64,000 nucleotides of DNA, taken from positions 255,502,001-255,566,000 of the forward strand of contig NC_091473.1 of NCBI RefSeq assembly GCF_036971445.1. Reading direction: 5' to 3'. Below, one piece after another: positions 63,478 to 64,000 of the stretch (position 1 is its first letter; every line of letters starts with the position of its first letter). Source of the DNA: Narcine bancroftii (Eukaryota). Below the pieces are notes generated by a model. It saw nothing but the letters and a program-made list of their open reading frames with translations. It did no database searches and was not told where the DNA came from. The position numbers and the translations under genes are program-made.

Positions 63478-63599
63478 TGAATGTAATTGAATATTAAAAC
63501 TGAAATCCACACAAGCAATTAAGATTTATCAAAAGTACCTCCACAACTATTCATGGTGAACTTACTGCCCTCACCAACCAACTGCCATTCTTCAACAGA

Positions 63600-64000
63600 C
63601 CATAGAATATTACAGGCCCTTAGGGCCTTCTAATCTGTGCCGAACCATTTTTCTGCCTCGTCCCTCTCACCTGCACCCAGTCCATAGCCCTCCATCCCCA
63701 TCCCATGTGTCCAAATTTTTCTTAAATGTTAAAATTGAGCTTGCATTCACCACTTCAGATGGCAGCTCGTTCCACACTCCCACTACTCTCTCTGTGTGAA
63801 GTTCCCTCTAATGCTCCTCCTAAACTTTTCCCCATTTCATTCTTGACCCATATTCTTTGGTTTGTATCTCAACTACCCTCAGTGGGAAAAGCCTACTTGC
63901 TTTTATTCTGTCTATACCCCTCATAATTTTGTATACCTCCATCAAATCTCCCTTAAATTCTTCCACACTCCAAGGAATAAAGTCCTGTTTAATCTTTTCC
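63600..64000 (-). mobile_element. CR1-clade LINE 3' fragment
   Basis: Reverse complement of GLYSLE..RGDLMEVYKIM and the CR1 3' UTR. Confidence 0.8.

Overview
Vertebrate nuclear DNA, most likely a cartilaginous fish (inferred from the repeat complement). It carries the conserved C1orf116(SARG)-YOD1-PFKFB2 block. C1orf116 is on the minus strand: coding exons 19154-20352 and 21837-22020, plus a candidate 9-nt first coding segment at 36775-36783 next to a CCAAT/GC/TATA-like promoter. YOD1 (OTU deubiquitinase, 303 aa) is on the minus strand: exons 44825-45528 and 46487-46694. The 5' end of PFKFB2 is on the plus strand: exon 63266-63391 with a GC donor, and a candidate exon 1 at 51310-51331. YOD1 and PFKFB2 appear to share a compact CRE-rich bidirectional promoter near 51.1-51.35 kb. 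Two adjacent GC-skewed minisatellites (about 3.2 kb) fill most of the predicted YOD1 intron 1. The rest is mostly transposable elements: a young 5'-truncated RTE LINE, a decayed full-length Gypsy element, two solo LTRs, L1/Tx1, CR1 and Rex1/Babar fragments, tRNA SINEs, DNA-transposon MITEs and many Penelope-like ends bearing minimal hammerhead-ribozyme-like motifs. There is one assembly gap (51499-51687). Gene and repeat assignments come from recognising motifs by eye, and repeat boundaries are approximate unless a TSD or TIR is quoted. No wholly new system is demonstrated. The strongest leads are the hammerhead-like motif family, the YOD1 leader architecture and a templated inverted duplication.
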